Below, one piece after another: positions 25,939-33,911 of a DNA stretch of 33,911 nucleotides. Both the position numbers and the translations under genes were made by a program. The DNA is taken from the NCBI GenBank assembly GCA_023379075.1, contig JAMCSO010000041.1:1-33911 (forward strand), written 5' to 3'. The stretch comes from Candidatus Marsarchaeota archaeon. GTDB taxonomy: Archaea > Micrarchaeota > Micrarchaeia > Micrarchaeales > CABMGC01. The stretch's first letter is position 1. Each line of letters begins with the position of its first letter. The notes beneath the pieces are model-generated. The model was not told where the DNA came from. It worked only from the letters and a program-made list of their open reading frames with translations, and searched no databases.

Positions 25939-26391
25939 AACAAGCGCTAAGACTAAGCATGCAACGCGGACGTTATTAAGTATTATATGAAAACATTTAT
26001 ATATCTTCTTGTAGTAAGAAAGTTTCTTTGCTTTGCAGGGCGTGTTGCATTACTGCCTTAGTTCTCTAGAGAGCTATTCGAGACGTCCTTTGCCAACTTT
26101 CCTTACGGCGCCTTTGGGGCACTTTTTTATTATGTCAGCGATTGGCGCTGGCCCTTGTTCAGGGAAGAGGGCAGCAAAGAGTATGGATTGACATCATCCC
26201 ACGTAATCTCCGACCCAATTAAAGCACCTTTGGAGTCTTAAAGCGAGCATGCAGTAGTGTTGCTGCGAACTCTGTTGAATTTCTAACATAGCTCATATCC
26301 CTATTTGCCAGAATTTTTGCATAGATCATCTTGTAGGTAATGGCAAGAACCAGAACAATCATATTAAAGTGTTTTTCAGATATTTGATAGT

Positions 26392-27312
26392 ATGTTGGCT
26401 GGTAGAGACATCATATCTATATCAGATCTCTCAATTGAAGATATATTTGAGATCTTCAGAGCTGCTGAGAGGTTATCTAATGCAGCTACTGGTAGAGGCA
26501 TTGATCTTCTAAAAGGGAGGGTGCTTGCCTCATTATTCTTTGAACCGAGTACAAGAACAAGGCTCTCCTTTGAGAGTGCCATGGCGAAGCTCGGAGGCAC
26601 ATCAATAAGCATCTCGGATCCAGCCAGCTCGTCTTTGTCAAAGGGAGAGACGCTCGCAGATACCATCAAGATAATAGATTCGTACAGCGATGTGATTGTT
26701 ATAAGGCACCCGAAGGACGGTGCAGCCAAACTGGCTTCAAGATTTGCTGAGCATCCGGTTATTAATGCTGGGGATGGAGCAGGACAGCATCCAACGCAAA
26801 CCCTGCTTGACCTTTTCACAATGTGGAAGGAAAAGAAGGAGATATCGGGATTGAATGTTGGCATAGTCGGCGACCTTCGGTATGGAAGGACTGTGCACTC
26901 GCTTGCAATAGCCCTTGTAAGGATGGGCGCAAACCTCTTTCTTATATCCCCGGAAGAGTTGGCAATGCCATCTCATCTACTAAGGGCTATCTCTGTTGAG
27001 TCCTCTCCGAAAATATCCAACAGCCTGGAAAGGATAATTACGAATCTTGATGTCGTTTATGCGACAAGGATACAGAAAGAAAGGTTCCCAGATGAAGCGG
27101 AATACCTTAAGGTTGCAGATTCCTATAAGATAAACGCAAAGCTGCTTAGTAAAGGAAAAGAGGATGTGATCGTGATGCACCCTCTGCCAAGGGTGAATGA
27201 GATAGACTCAGAAGTAGACTCGACAAAATACGCCAAATATTTTGATCAGGCGAAGAATGGGATTCCAGTAAGGATGGCCATTCTCAGCAAGATTCTTGGT
27301 GAGGAGTATTGA
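26392..27312 (+). CDS. pyrB: Aspartate carbamoyltransferase catalytic subunit
   Basis: FFEPSTRTRLSFESA, GQHPTQTLLD, HPLPRVNEI. 306 aa. Confidence 0.93.
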   Translation: MLAGRDIISISDLSIEDIFEIFRAAERLSNAATGRGIDLLKGRVLASLFFEPSTRTRLSFESAMAKLGGTSISISDPASSSLSKGETLADTIKIIDSYSDVIVIRHPKDGAAKLASRFAEHPVINAGDGAGQHPTQTLLDLFTMWKEKKEISGLNVGIVGDLRYGRTVHSLAIALVRMGANLFLISPEELAMPSHLLRAISVESSPKISNSLERIITNLDVVYATRIQKERFPDEAEYLKVADSYKINAKLLSKGKEDVIVMHPLPRVNEIDSEVDSTKYAKYFDQAKNGIPVRMAILSKILGEEY

Positions 27313-27767
27313 TGGAAGAGCTTAAAATAGAAAAGATAAAGGATGGTACTGTCATAGACCACATACCAAAAGGCAATGCAATCAGTGTGATTAAAATATT
27401 AGGAATATGCAGCGATTCAAGCGCCAGCATAGGCATAAATGTACCGAGCAGTAGGATGGGAAGCAAAGACATAATCAAGATAGAGGGAAGATCATTAAGC
27501 GCCACAGAAATTGCCAAACTCTCCATGGTAGCACCAAAAGCTACAATCAATCAGATAAGGAATTATAAAGTAGAGAGTAAGAGCAATGTCGATCTTCCTG
27601 AGAGAGTTATTGGAATAGTGAGATGCATCAACACACGATGTATAACGAGAGCCATGGAACCAATAAAAAGCGAGTTTTATATAGTTGCATCTGAGCCGAT
27701 GACGATCAGATGCGTCTATTGCGAGATAGAGATGAATGGCAATATGATACACGACAATATTATCTGA
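27312..27767 (+). CDS. pyrI: Aspartate carbamoyltransferase regulatory subunit
   Basis: MEELKIEKIKDGTVIDHIP and the C-terminal CINTRC...CVYCE zinc domain. ATG 27312 shares one base with the pyrB TGA. Confidence 0.9.
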   Translation: MEELKIEKIKDGTVIDHIPKGNAISVIKILGICSDSSASIGINVPSSRMGSKDIIKIEGRSLSATEIAKLSMVAPKATINQIRNYKVESKSNVDLPERVIGIVRCINTRCITRAMEPIKSEFYIVASEPMTIRCVYCEIEMNGNMIHDNII

Positions 27768-29088
27768 GCTTGCGCATCGACTCTTTTTTTATCGAATCTT
27801 CGAGGATATTGAGACCTTCGTTAAGTGCACCATCTGAGACTGTCAGCGGAGGTATTATCCTTATAGATGAGAGTCCTGCCGGAAGTAGAACCAACCCGCT
27901 ATAGAATGCGTCTTCTAGTATGCGCGATCTCTCCTCTCCTGCTGGCTCTTTTCCTTTCTTGCTTTTTACAAGTTCTATCGCTATCATTAATCCGATTCCG
28001 CGTACATCCCCTATTATCTCATATTTATCCTGCATCTCAAGAAGCCTTGATATCACATGCTTTCCCTTTTTTTCCACATTCAGCTCAAGACTTCTCTTGT
28101 TTTTAGAGATATAATCGATAGATGCATCGGCTGCGGCTATGGCCAAGAGGTTTCCCCCAAAAGTATTGGCATGCTCGCCTTTCTCGACATTTCCTAGAGA
28201 GAGTTTTGAGATTGTTGCCCCTATTGGAACTCCGCCACCCAATGATTTTGCCATGGTGTATATGTCTGCGCTCACCCCGAAGTGATCTAGCGCAAGGAAC
28301 TTTCCTGTTCGCATATAGCCAGTCTGAATCTCATCTGCGACGAGAAGTATTCCGTGCTTGTCAGCAACTTTCTTCAGTTCTTTGAAGAAGTCTTTTGGAG
28401 GCACGATGTAGCCGCCCTCCCCCTGGATTGGCTCGAAGAATATCGCGGCAACCTCTTCTGGAGGGAGCTCTTTTCCAAGAAGATAGCTCTCAAGATAATC
28501 GATGGCTGCGGAGGAGCATTCCTCTGGAGTGGAGCTCTTGAAAGGACATCGGTAAGGATATGGATAAATAGAGTGAACTATATTTGGAAAAGGCCCGAGA
28601 TGCTTTTTCTGTATCGTCCTTGAGGAAGTTAGGCCAAGTGAACCGAGGGTTCTGCCATGGAAAGAGTTGTAAAAGGAGATTATGTATTGGCGCTTTGTGA
28701 ATATTCTTGATAGCTTTATTGCATCCTCATTTGCCTCTGTTCCTGAGTTTGAGAAAAATACCCTTCCAAATCCTTTTGGGAACATCTTTACCAGCTTCTC
28801 TGCGAAAGAAACTGGCTTTTCAGAATAGAAATCGGTAAACGCAGGATGAATCAGTTTGTCTGCCTGCTTCTTGATGGCTTCGCGGATCTCCTTGTTTGCA
28901 TTGACACCAAGATTATAGACACTTATGAAGCTTGAGAAATCGATGAATTTGTTTCCAGAGACATCATATATATAGTCACCATCGCCGTGATCTGCAACAA
29001 AGGGATAGTGCTCTCGGGTCGTAGTCAACATGACTTTCTGATCGCGCGCGATTATGCGCTTTGCCTTTGAGTCTATTTTTATCTTCAT
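27760..29088 (-). CDS. Class-III PLP-dependent aminotransferase (acetylornithine / 4-aminobutyrate aminotransferase family)
   Basis: SNSGTEANEDAIKL, LVADEIQTGYMRTGKF and TMAKSLGGG (PLP Lys). Start moved to ATG 29088 (MKIKIDSK...). The upstream 46 in-frame codons look non-native. Confidence 0.85.
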   Translation of the reverse strand: MKIKIDSKAKRIIARDQKVMLTTTREHYPFVADHGDGDYIYDVSGNKFIDFSSFISVYNLGVNANKEIREAIKKQADKLIHPAFTDFYSEKPVSFAEKLVKMFPKGFGRVFFSNSGTEANEDAIKLSRIFTKRQYIISFYNSFHGRTLGSLGLTSSRTIQKKHLGPFPNIVHSIYPYPYRCPFKSSTPEECSSAAIDYLESYLLGKELPPEEVAAIFFEPIQGEGGYIVPPKDFFKELKKVADKHGILLVADEIQTGYMRTGKFLALDHFGVSADIYTMAKSLGGGVPIGATISKLSLGNVEKGEHANTFGGNLLAIAAADASIDYISKNKRSLELNVEKKGKHVISRLLEMQDKYEIIGDVRGIGLMIAIELVKSKKGKEPAGEERSRILEDAFYSGLVLLPAGLSSIRIIPPLTVSDGALNEGLNILEDSIKKESMRKLR

Positions 29089-29362
29089 GATAGCATAGCT
29101 CAACTCATCTTTATATAAGTTACTAAGACAGGAGGATAACAAAAAGTAGATTATGGTGGATAGAAAGAAGCATCTTAAGCGCAGATATGTCTCGTTATTC
29201 TTATTCATGATCTTCCTGTTCGCCATTTTCGCAATGAGTTTACGAGTGCATGGTTCTTGCTGGGAAAAATGCTTTAGGCTGCAATGGCCAGTCTTGGAAT
29301 TGTATGTATTGAATTGATGTAGATAGAGAAAAGGACCAAATACGTCCTGGTTCGGTATAATG

Positions 29363-29401
29363 ACTTGCAGAGTTATTCCTTATTGGAATTATAATGCAAG
29401 T
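29363..29401 (+). other. Two-tier hairpin followed by a T-rich tract in a long intergenic region
   Basis: ACTTGCA-gagtt-ATTCC-ttatt-GGAAT-tataa-TGCAAGT, then TTATTCGTTTTATT. Function unknown. Confidence 0.35.
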
Positions 29402-29417
29402 TTATTCGTTTTATTGG

Positions 29418-29441
29418 AGCATGGTGGCAGGATGCCATGCT
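29418..29441 (+). other. Strong hairpin (7 Watson-Crick plus 2 G-U pairs)
   Basis: AGCATGGTG-gcagga-TGCCATGCT. Lies 17 nt downstream of the first hairpin. Function unknown. Confidence 0.35.
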
Positions 29442-29833
29442 GAACTTCGTCCTTATGCTTGAACGCTAATTGGAAGTATTGAATAAATGTTTAGTATCTG
29501 TATACCAGTGGCTTCAGGAGGATGATGCTTGGTTTCTTTCAGTAGTATTGATTATAATCAGCATCATGGCTACAGGACAGAAGTTCAAACATTGCGATAC
29601 TTGCGTGAGATGGTGTTATTACAGCTTCTTTCTTTTTGGTATCTCTGCTGACGTTGGTCAAAAAATATAAGAAAAAGATTCCTGCGATTGGTTATTGCGT
29701 TCCTTTGAATAAACCATCTTGTGGAAATGCTCCCCATAACCACCTTCGGTGTGCAGGAGAAGGAGATAAACTATGATTTTATATTGTATCATTTACAGCG
29801 CCCATGTAGTTAATGCTTCCTGGATGCTGAGAG

Positions 29834-30082
29834 TCACACTTTCTTTGATCTGGGCTGCTGCAGCTCTATCTCCAGAGTCTTTTCCACCATTGACGCATCC
29901 TTTGCATCAATCTTCTCGTTAAGGAACTCTAAGTGCTTTGTATTGCACTTCCTCTCTTTAGGCCTCTTGGCAGTCCTTATCATGACAGTATTGGCATCAA
30001 GTACTGATGTCACGACAGCCTTGGCTCCTGCATCGCGCCCAAACTTCTTTACACACACCCTACCTGCTTCTATCAATGGCAT
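29834..30082 (-). CDS. rpl14e: 50S ribosomal protein L14e
   Basis: MPLIEAGRVCVKKFGRDAGAKAVV (KOW-like) pattern. Start at ATG 30082 rather than the ORF-track 30121. Position after cmk is as in many archaea. Confidence 0.85.
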   Translation of the reverse strand: MPLIEAGRVCVKKFGRDAGAKAVVTSVLDANTVMIRTAKRPKERKCNTKHLEFLNEKIDAKDASMVEKTLEIELQQPRSKKV

Positions 30083-30086
30083 ATTA

Positions 30087-30608
30087 TCACTCAAATCTTT
30101 TTTTAGCCCTCTGGAGGGCAAGCATGGATATCAGGCTGACGCTTTCGCCAACGCTGACTCTCTCAGTATTAATCTCTATATCGAATACACTATGATCATT
30201 TATATCTATTTTGTAAAGCTTCATGAAGTTCTCAGAATTAAAGGAATCCTTCTCGCTTATGTAATCTTCTATCTTAACTTCAGGATCACCTATCTCCTCG
30301 ACCTTTCGCTCAACTCTTGTATTGAATCCTGCAAAGAGCCATACCCTAAGGGTCGGATTTGTTATCATCCATGGAGAGAGCCAGGTGCTCACAACACAAT
30401 CTCCCTTCTCTGCCTCTTCAACTATTTCCTGGTCAAACCTCTTTTCAAAGGCGGGGGTTGCGTTCTTTGTAAAGTTTATGACGTCCTTGACGCTAGACAC
30501 ATGTGCTTTGTGGGTTATCCCTATGTGCTTCACATTAAGGGCTTTTGATAATGCCTCTCCTATTGTAGTCTTTCCTGAACCAGTAAGACCCGAAATACAT
30601 ATTATCAT
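30087..30608 (-). CDS. cmk: Cytidylate kinase (archaeal type)
   Basis: MIICISGLTGSGKTTIGEALS P-loop at ATG 30608. 173 aa. Sits between rpl34e and rpl14e. Confidence 0.8.
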   Translation of the reverse strand: MIICISGLTGSGKTTIGEALSKALNVKHIGITHKAHVSSVKDVINFTKNATPAFEKRFDQEIVEEAEKGDCVVSTWLSPWMITNPTLRVWLFAGFNTRVERKVEEIGDPEVKIEDYISEKDSFNSENFMKLYKIDINDHSVFDIEINTERVSVGESVSLISMLALQRAKKRFE

Positions 30609-30616
30609 CCTAACAC

Positions 30617-30928
30617 TTAATGTGAAATCATCTGCAATACAAAGGCGCGCTCCTTTATCCCTATGCTCTGCATTTTCATCTCTCCATTTTCTATCCTGCT
30701 TGCAAGCTTGATCACATTCCCTGTGCAGTTTGAGCATAGAACGCCGCCAAACTTCCTAGAATTCGATCTGGAGGTCTTTCCCTTTGAAGCAGAGATTGCT
30801 ATACCATTAAGCTCGGTGCTGCATATTGCACAGTGGGGCAAGGAATTGGATCTCCTGCTGTAATGCACTACGTGCCTGCCTTTTGGGCTTTTCTTCTCAG
30901 ATTTTCTGAAACTTCTTGATCTGTGCAT
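30617..30928 (-). CDS. rpl34e: 50S ribosomal protein L34e
   Basis: MHRSRSFRKSEKKSPKGRHVVHY...CAICSTELNG...FGGVLCSNC pattern. ATG 30928 is preferred to GTG 30949. Confidence 0.85.
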   Translation of the reverse strand: MHRSRSFRKSEKKSPKGRHVVHYSRRSNSLPHCAICSTELNGIAISASKGKTSRSNSRKFGGVLCSNCTGNVIKLASRIENGEMKMQSIGIKERAFVLQMISH

Positions 30929-30979
30929 GGGCTTTGGCAAAATAAACACCTTGATTAGATAAAAGTTATATTGGGAAAA

Positions 30980-31450
30980 CTATTTATTGCTTCGTGAATT
31001 CTGAGAGGCATTCCCAAATCTCTTCTTGTCCCATGCAAGAAGCGTTGTTGATATTATGAAGCTGAGTACAAATATGATCCCGATAAAGAACGCCTGGTAT
31101 TGCGTTAGCGAGAAGAAGAATATCTTTATGCTTGCTATTGTACCTTTTGGTGTGAGGGTAGGTATTACATAATAATATATGAATATTGATAGTGGGAAAA
31201 GTGCCACCATCGACTTCATCTGGTTCTTAAACTGTTCTGAGAACAGCGCTGTAAGCTCACCATTCTTCTTTGATATATCTTCCTTTGATGCATTAGCCTT
31301 GCTAAGTGCTACAAGCTCATTTGATATGGACTTTAGCCTGGTCTGTATCTCGTATGTCCTTTTAGGATCTGTGAGCTTCCTCTGTATTAGTATTGTTAGT
31401 ATTGCATCAGCTATTGCTATGATGGCAAGCTCTATGAAAATTATTGACAA
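30980..31450 (-). CDS. DUF106-family membrane protein (archaeal YidC/Oxa1/EMC3-like insertase candidate)
   Basis: TM helix, a long charged coiled segment (TDPKRTYEIQTRLKSISNEL...), then two more TM helices. Conserved position between adkA and rpl34e. TTG start abuts the adkA stop. Confidence 0.7.
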   Translation of the reverse strand: MSIIFIELAIIAIADAILTILIQRKLTDPKRTYEIQTRLKSISNELVALSKANASKEDISKKNGELTALFSEQFKNQMKSMVALFPLSIFIYYYVIPTLTPKGTIASIKIFFFSLTQYQAFFIGIIFVLSFIISTTLLAWDKKRFGNASQNSRSNK

Positions 31451-32026
31451 TTAATCACCAAATACTTCCTTTGATATCTTTACGAACTCGTTTACCGATT
31501 CGTTTATTTTGTCCTTTTTGTTTTTTATGATATATATAGGTATGTTTAGATGAAGTGCGAAAGAGGTTATTATTGATAGATTAATTATGCGCTGTTCGTT
31601 TATCTCGTCCTCGCTCTCAGCTTCCCGCTTTCTGCTCGAATCGCTTGCTCTTCTCTCGATTATGTCCTTTGCAAATGCGTCTATGAATATTATTGCCTTA
31701 AGTTCCCTGAGTCCTTCCACTTCATTAAGAGAGAAGCCAGGAACGTACCTGCTGTTGCCCTTGACATACGCATGGGTATCGAGTATTACCTGCGCATCCA
31801 TATTGCTTATATTCGCAAGGGCAGCCTTTCTGGCTAGTAAGATCTCAAAAGAAGACATATACTTTATCTCATCCCTGTTTGTTATCTGTCCTTTTGCTTT
31901 GGCCGCGTTGAGTATCTCTGACCCTATGTTCACAATCTTCCTCTTTGAATCGATCTTTGATATTTCATTGAGGATTGTTGTCTTTCCGGATCCTTGAACT
32001 CCGACAACCATGAGTATTTTTCCCAT
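31451..32026 (-). CDS. adkA: Adenylate kinase, archaeal type
   Basis: MVVGVQGSGKTTILNE P-loop, LDTHAYV, and RRASDSSRKREAES (lid Arg cluster). 191 aa. Confidence 0.85.
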   Translation of the reverse strand: MGKILMVVGVQGSGKTTILNEISKIDSKRKIVNIGSEILNAAKAKGQITNRDEIKYMSSFEILLARKAALANISNMDAQVILDTHAYVKGNSRYVPGFSLNEVEGLRELKAIIFIDAFAKDIIERRASDSSRKREAESEDEINEQRIINLSIITSFALHLNIPIYIIKNKKDKINESVNEFVKISKEVFGD

Positions 32027-32085
32027 TCATTCACATTATTTGCATTTTTTGCATTTATATAAAATAAAAAAGAAGAAAGAGCAAA

Positions 32086-33744
32086 TCAGTCAGATTCGCC
32101 CATTCCTGGCATTCCTGGAGGCCCTCCAGCTCCAGACTTTCCTCTTGAACTTATCATGTCGTCGATTCTTAGGATGGCTGCGGATGCCTCTGTTGCGCTT
32201 GCTAGCGCTTGCAACTTGACCTTTAGCGGCTCTATTACGCCAAGCTTCTCCATGTCTGCGATGACATTCTTGTATACATCGATTCCATAGTATTTGCCTT
32301 CTGCGCTCTTATGTTTGCTTCTTAGCTGTACAAGGGTCTCTATAGGATCCATTCCTGCGCTCTCCGCAAGAGCCTTTGGAATCACTTCCAAGGCGTCGGC
32401 GAATGCCTGTATTGCGAGCTGTTCCCTCCCGCCTATGTTTGTTGCGCTTTCCCTGAGCTTTAATGCTATTGCGACTTCCTCGCTGCCTCCGCCGGTTATG
32501 TACTTCCCGTCTTCGACTGCGCTTGTCAATGCTCCAAGAACGTCGTTGAGTGCTCTCTGAATCTCGTCTGTTGTCTGTTTGGCTCCACTTCTTACGAATA
32601 TCGTTACGCTCTTTGGATCTTTGCACTTTTCGACAAATACCATCTGCTCTCCTGAGATCTTCCTCTCCTCCACAAGACCAGCGTATCCAAGGTCTGACTC
32701 TGTCAGATCGTCAAGGCTTGTTATGATCTTCGCTCCTGTTGCCTTTGAAAGCTTCTCCATGTCGCTCTTTTTGATTCTCCTTACTGCAATTATGCCTGCT
32801 TTTGAGAGATAATGTTGCGCTACATCGTCTATTCCCTTCTGTACGAATATTACTGTAGCTTTGCTGTTGGAGATCTTCTCCACCATCGTCTTAAGCATCT
32901 TTTCTTCCTGGGTCAGGAAAGCCTGCATCTGTTCCGGAGAAGTTATTTCTATCCTTGCATCTGTCTCAGTTTTTTCTATCTCTAGGGCAACGTCAAGGAG
33001 GGCTATTTTCGCATCCTTCTTTGACCTTGGCATTCCTGGATGGGATATCTCCTTGTCTATAAGGACACCATTTATGAACTCTGTGTTTTCTATGCTCCCT
33101 CCTTCTTTCTTCTCAACCTTTATGAAGTCTCTGTCTATTACAATTTTTCCATTCCCCCCTTTTGTGGCGACCTGCTTTATTGCCTGTATTGCAAGCTTTG
33201 AGAGGGTTTTCTTTGTCTCATCGGTTCCTATATTCTTTGAACCCAGAGAGATCATTGCGATCCTCTCAAGCTTATCATCATCAGTTATTGATATTGGGCT
33301 TGCTATGCTCTTCAGAGTTTCAATAGAAACACCCTGTGCCATCTCATATCCCTTTATTATTGCGGCTGGAGGAATTCCCTGGTCTAGAAGATTTCCTGCA
33401 TTCTTGAGAAGCTCTCCTGTTATTATTACAGCACTTGTTGTTCCATCTCCTACTTCCTTGTCCTGTGTCTTTGCAATTTCGACCATGATCTTTGCTATAG
33501 GATGTTCAACATTCATCTCTTCGAGAATCGTAGCTCCGTCGTTGGTTATTACTATGTCTCCAAGTTCGCTGACCAGCATCTTGTCCATTCCTTTTGGGCC
33601 AAGTGTCGTCCTTATTATGCTAGCTACTGCGTAGCCTACAGCGATATTTGTCCTCTGTGCTTCCTTTCCTATCAGCCTATTTGCTCCTTCAGGCAATATT
33701 AAGTACTGTTGCCCTCCTAATTGATTCTCTGCCATACGATTCAC
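32086..33744 (-). CDS. ths: Thermosome subunit (group II chaperonin)
   Basis: TTLGPKGMDKML, VGDGTTSAVI, ITNDGATIL and the C-terminal GGPPGMPGMG tail. AGGTGA Shine-Dalgarno 5 nt upstream of the ATG. Confidence 0.93.
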   Translation of the reverse strand: MNRMAENQLGGQQYLILPEGANRLIGKEAQRTNIAVGYAVASIIRTTLGPKGMDKMLVSELGDIVITNDGATILEEMNVEHPIAKIMVEIAKTQDKEVGDGTTSAVIITGELLKNAGNLLDQGIPPAAIIKGYEMAQGVSIETLKSIASPISITDDDKLERIAMISLGSKNIGTDETKKTLSKLAIQAIKQVATKGGNGKIVIDRDFIKVEKKEGGSIENTEFINGVLIDKEISHPGMPRSKKDAKIALLDVALEIEKTETDARIEITSPEQMQAFLTQEEKMLKTMVEKISNSKATVIFVQKGIDDVAQHYLSKAGIIAVRRIKKSDMEKLSKATGAKIITSLDDLTESDLGYAGLVEERKISGEQMVFVEKCKDPKSVTIFVRSGAKQTTDEIQRALNDVLGALTSAVEDGKYITGGGSEEVAIALKLRESATNIGGREQLAIQAFADALEVIPKALAESAGMDPIETLVQLRSKHKSAEGKYYGIDVYKNVIADMEKLGVIEPLKVKLQALASATEASAAILRIDDMISSRGKSGAGGPPGMPGMGESD

Positions 33745-33911
33745 CTATTTTATTTGGATTAAAATTTAGTTAGGAATTATGTCCAGACCTCCAAGCATGT
33801 TGACTATCGCTTGTTTTCGGAAATATCCTTTAGAATTCAATATAATTATAGTAGATAAGATTTTTATACTTTTCTAATTAAAAAATGCTAGGGACTTGAC
33901 ATTTACATACG

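Noticed and set aside
29089-29226. 46-codon hydrophobic N-terminal extension of the aminotransferase ORF (MANRKIMNKNNETYLRLRCFFLSTIIYFLLSS...)
   Set aside because: Class-III aminotransferases are soluble, and homology begins at MKIKIDSKAKRII (ATG 29088). The extension is AT-rich, promoter-like DNA that happens to be open.
29470-29670. 66-aa TTG-initiated ORF in the long intergenic region
   Set aside because: It has no Shine-Dalgarno or promoter context, a non-ATG start and a Cys/Trp/Phe-rich odd composition. It is probably chance-open AT-rich sequence.
30087-33744. adkA / DUF106 / rpl34e / cmk / rpl14e cluster preceded by a thermosome gene instead of secY
   Set aside because: The five-gene order is the conserved archaeal one. 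Replacement of the upstream neighbour is a simple rearrangement, not a new system.
1-33911. CRISPR arrays, tandem repeats, defence or toxin-antitoxin modules
   Set aside because: Visual scanning showed no regularly spaced direct repeats and no cas, restriction-modification or toxin-antitoxin-like ORFs. A computational repeat search could still find short repeats I missed.

Overview
This is an AT-rich archaeal chromosomal segment that is almost entirely housekeeping. I made all family assignments by eye from the supplied translations, with no database search, so they are recollection-based.

Gene content, start to end:
- An IS6-type insertion sequence sits at the left edge.
- A membrane glycosylation pair (GT2 plus a GT-C-like protein) lies next to a MoxR ATPase.
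- rpoF, a DUF655 gene, rpl21e, an endonuclease III-like gene and a polyprenyl synthase follow.
- A stand-alone 5S rRNA gene comes next.
- Then lipA, folC, a DHFR-like gene, ribL, an MFS transporter, a KaiC-like ATPase, an HPP membrane protein and mscL.
- An intron-containing tRNA-Ala and an Sm-like protein follow.
- The RNA polymerase operon runs rpoH, rpoB'' , rpoB', rpoA', rpoA''.
- pyrBI, a class-III aminotransferase, the rpl34e-cmk-rpl14e / adkA / DUF106 cluster and a thermosome subunit complete the window.
- The split rpoB and the unlinked 5S gene point to a euryarchaeal, possibly Thermoplasmata-like, lineage.

I see no CRISPR array, defence island or obvious novel multi-gene system. The window is mostly ordinary, with several sequence-level anomalies:
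1. A 36-nt segment (34/36 identical, 28-nt perfect core) from inside rpoA' is present in inverted orientation near the 5' end of the same gene. It replaces 12 conserved codons there and creates an in-frame TAG.
2. tRNA-Ala(GGC) carries a 34-nt intron in the T-loop, a non-canonical position.
3. mscL has a -1 frame break at an A-AAG-G site and ends in a zinc-ribbon tail.
4. A FlaI/VirB11-like secretion-ATPase homologue has degenerate Walker A, Walker B and His-box motifs.
5. Three unusually long non-coding gaps contain hairpins, a tRNA-like T-arm and start-less reading frames.
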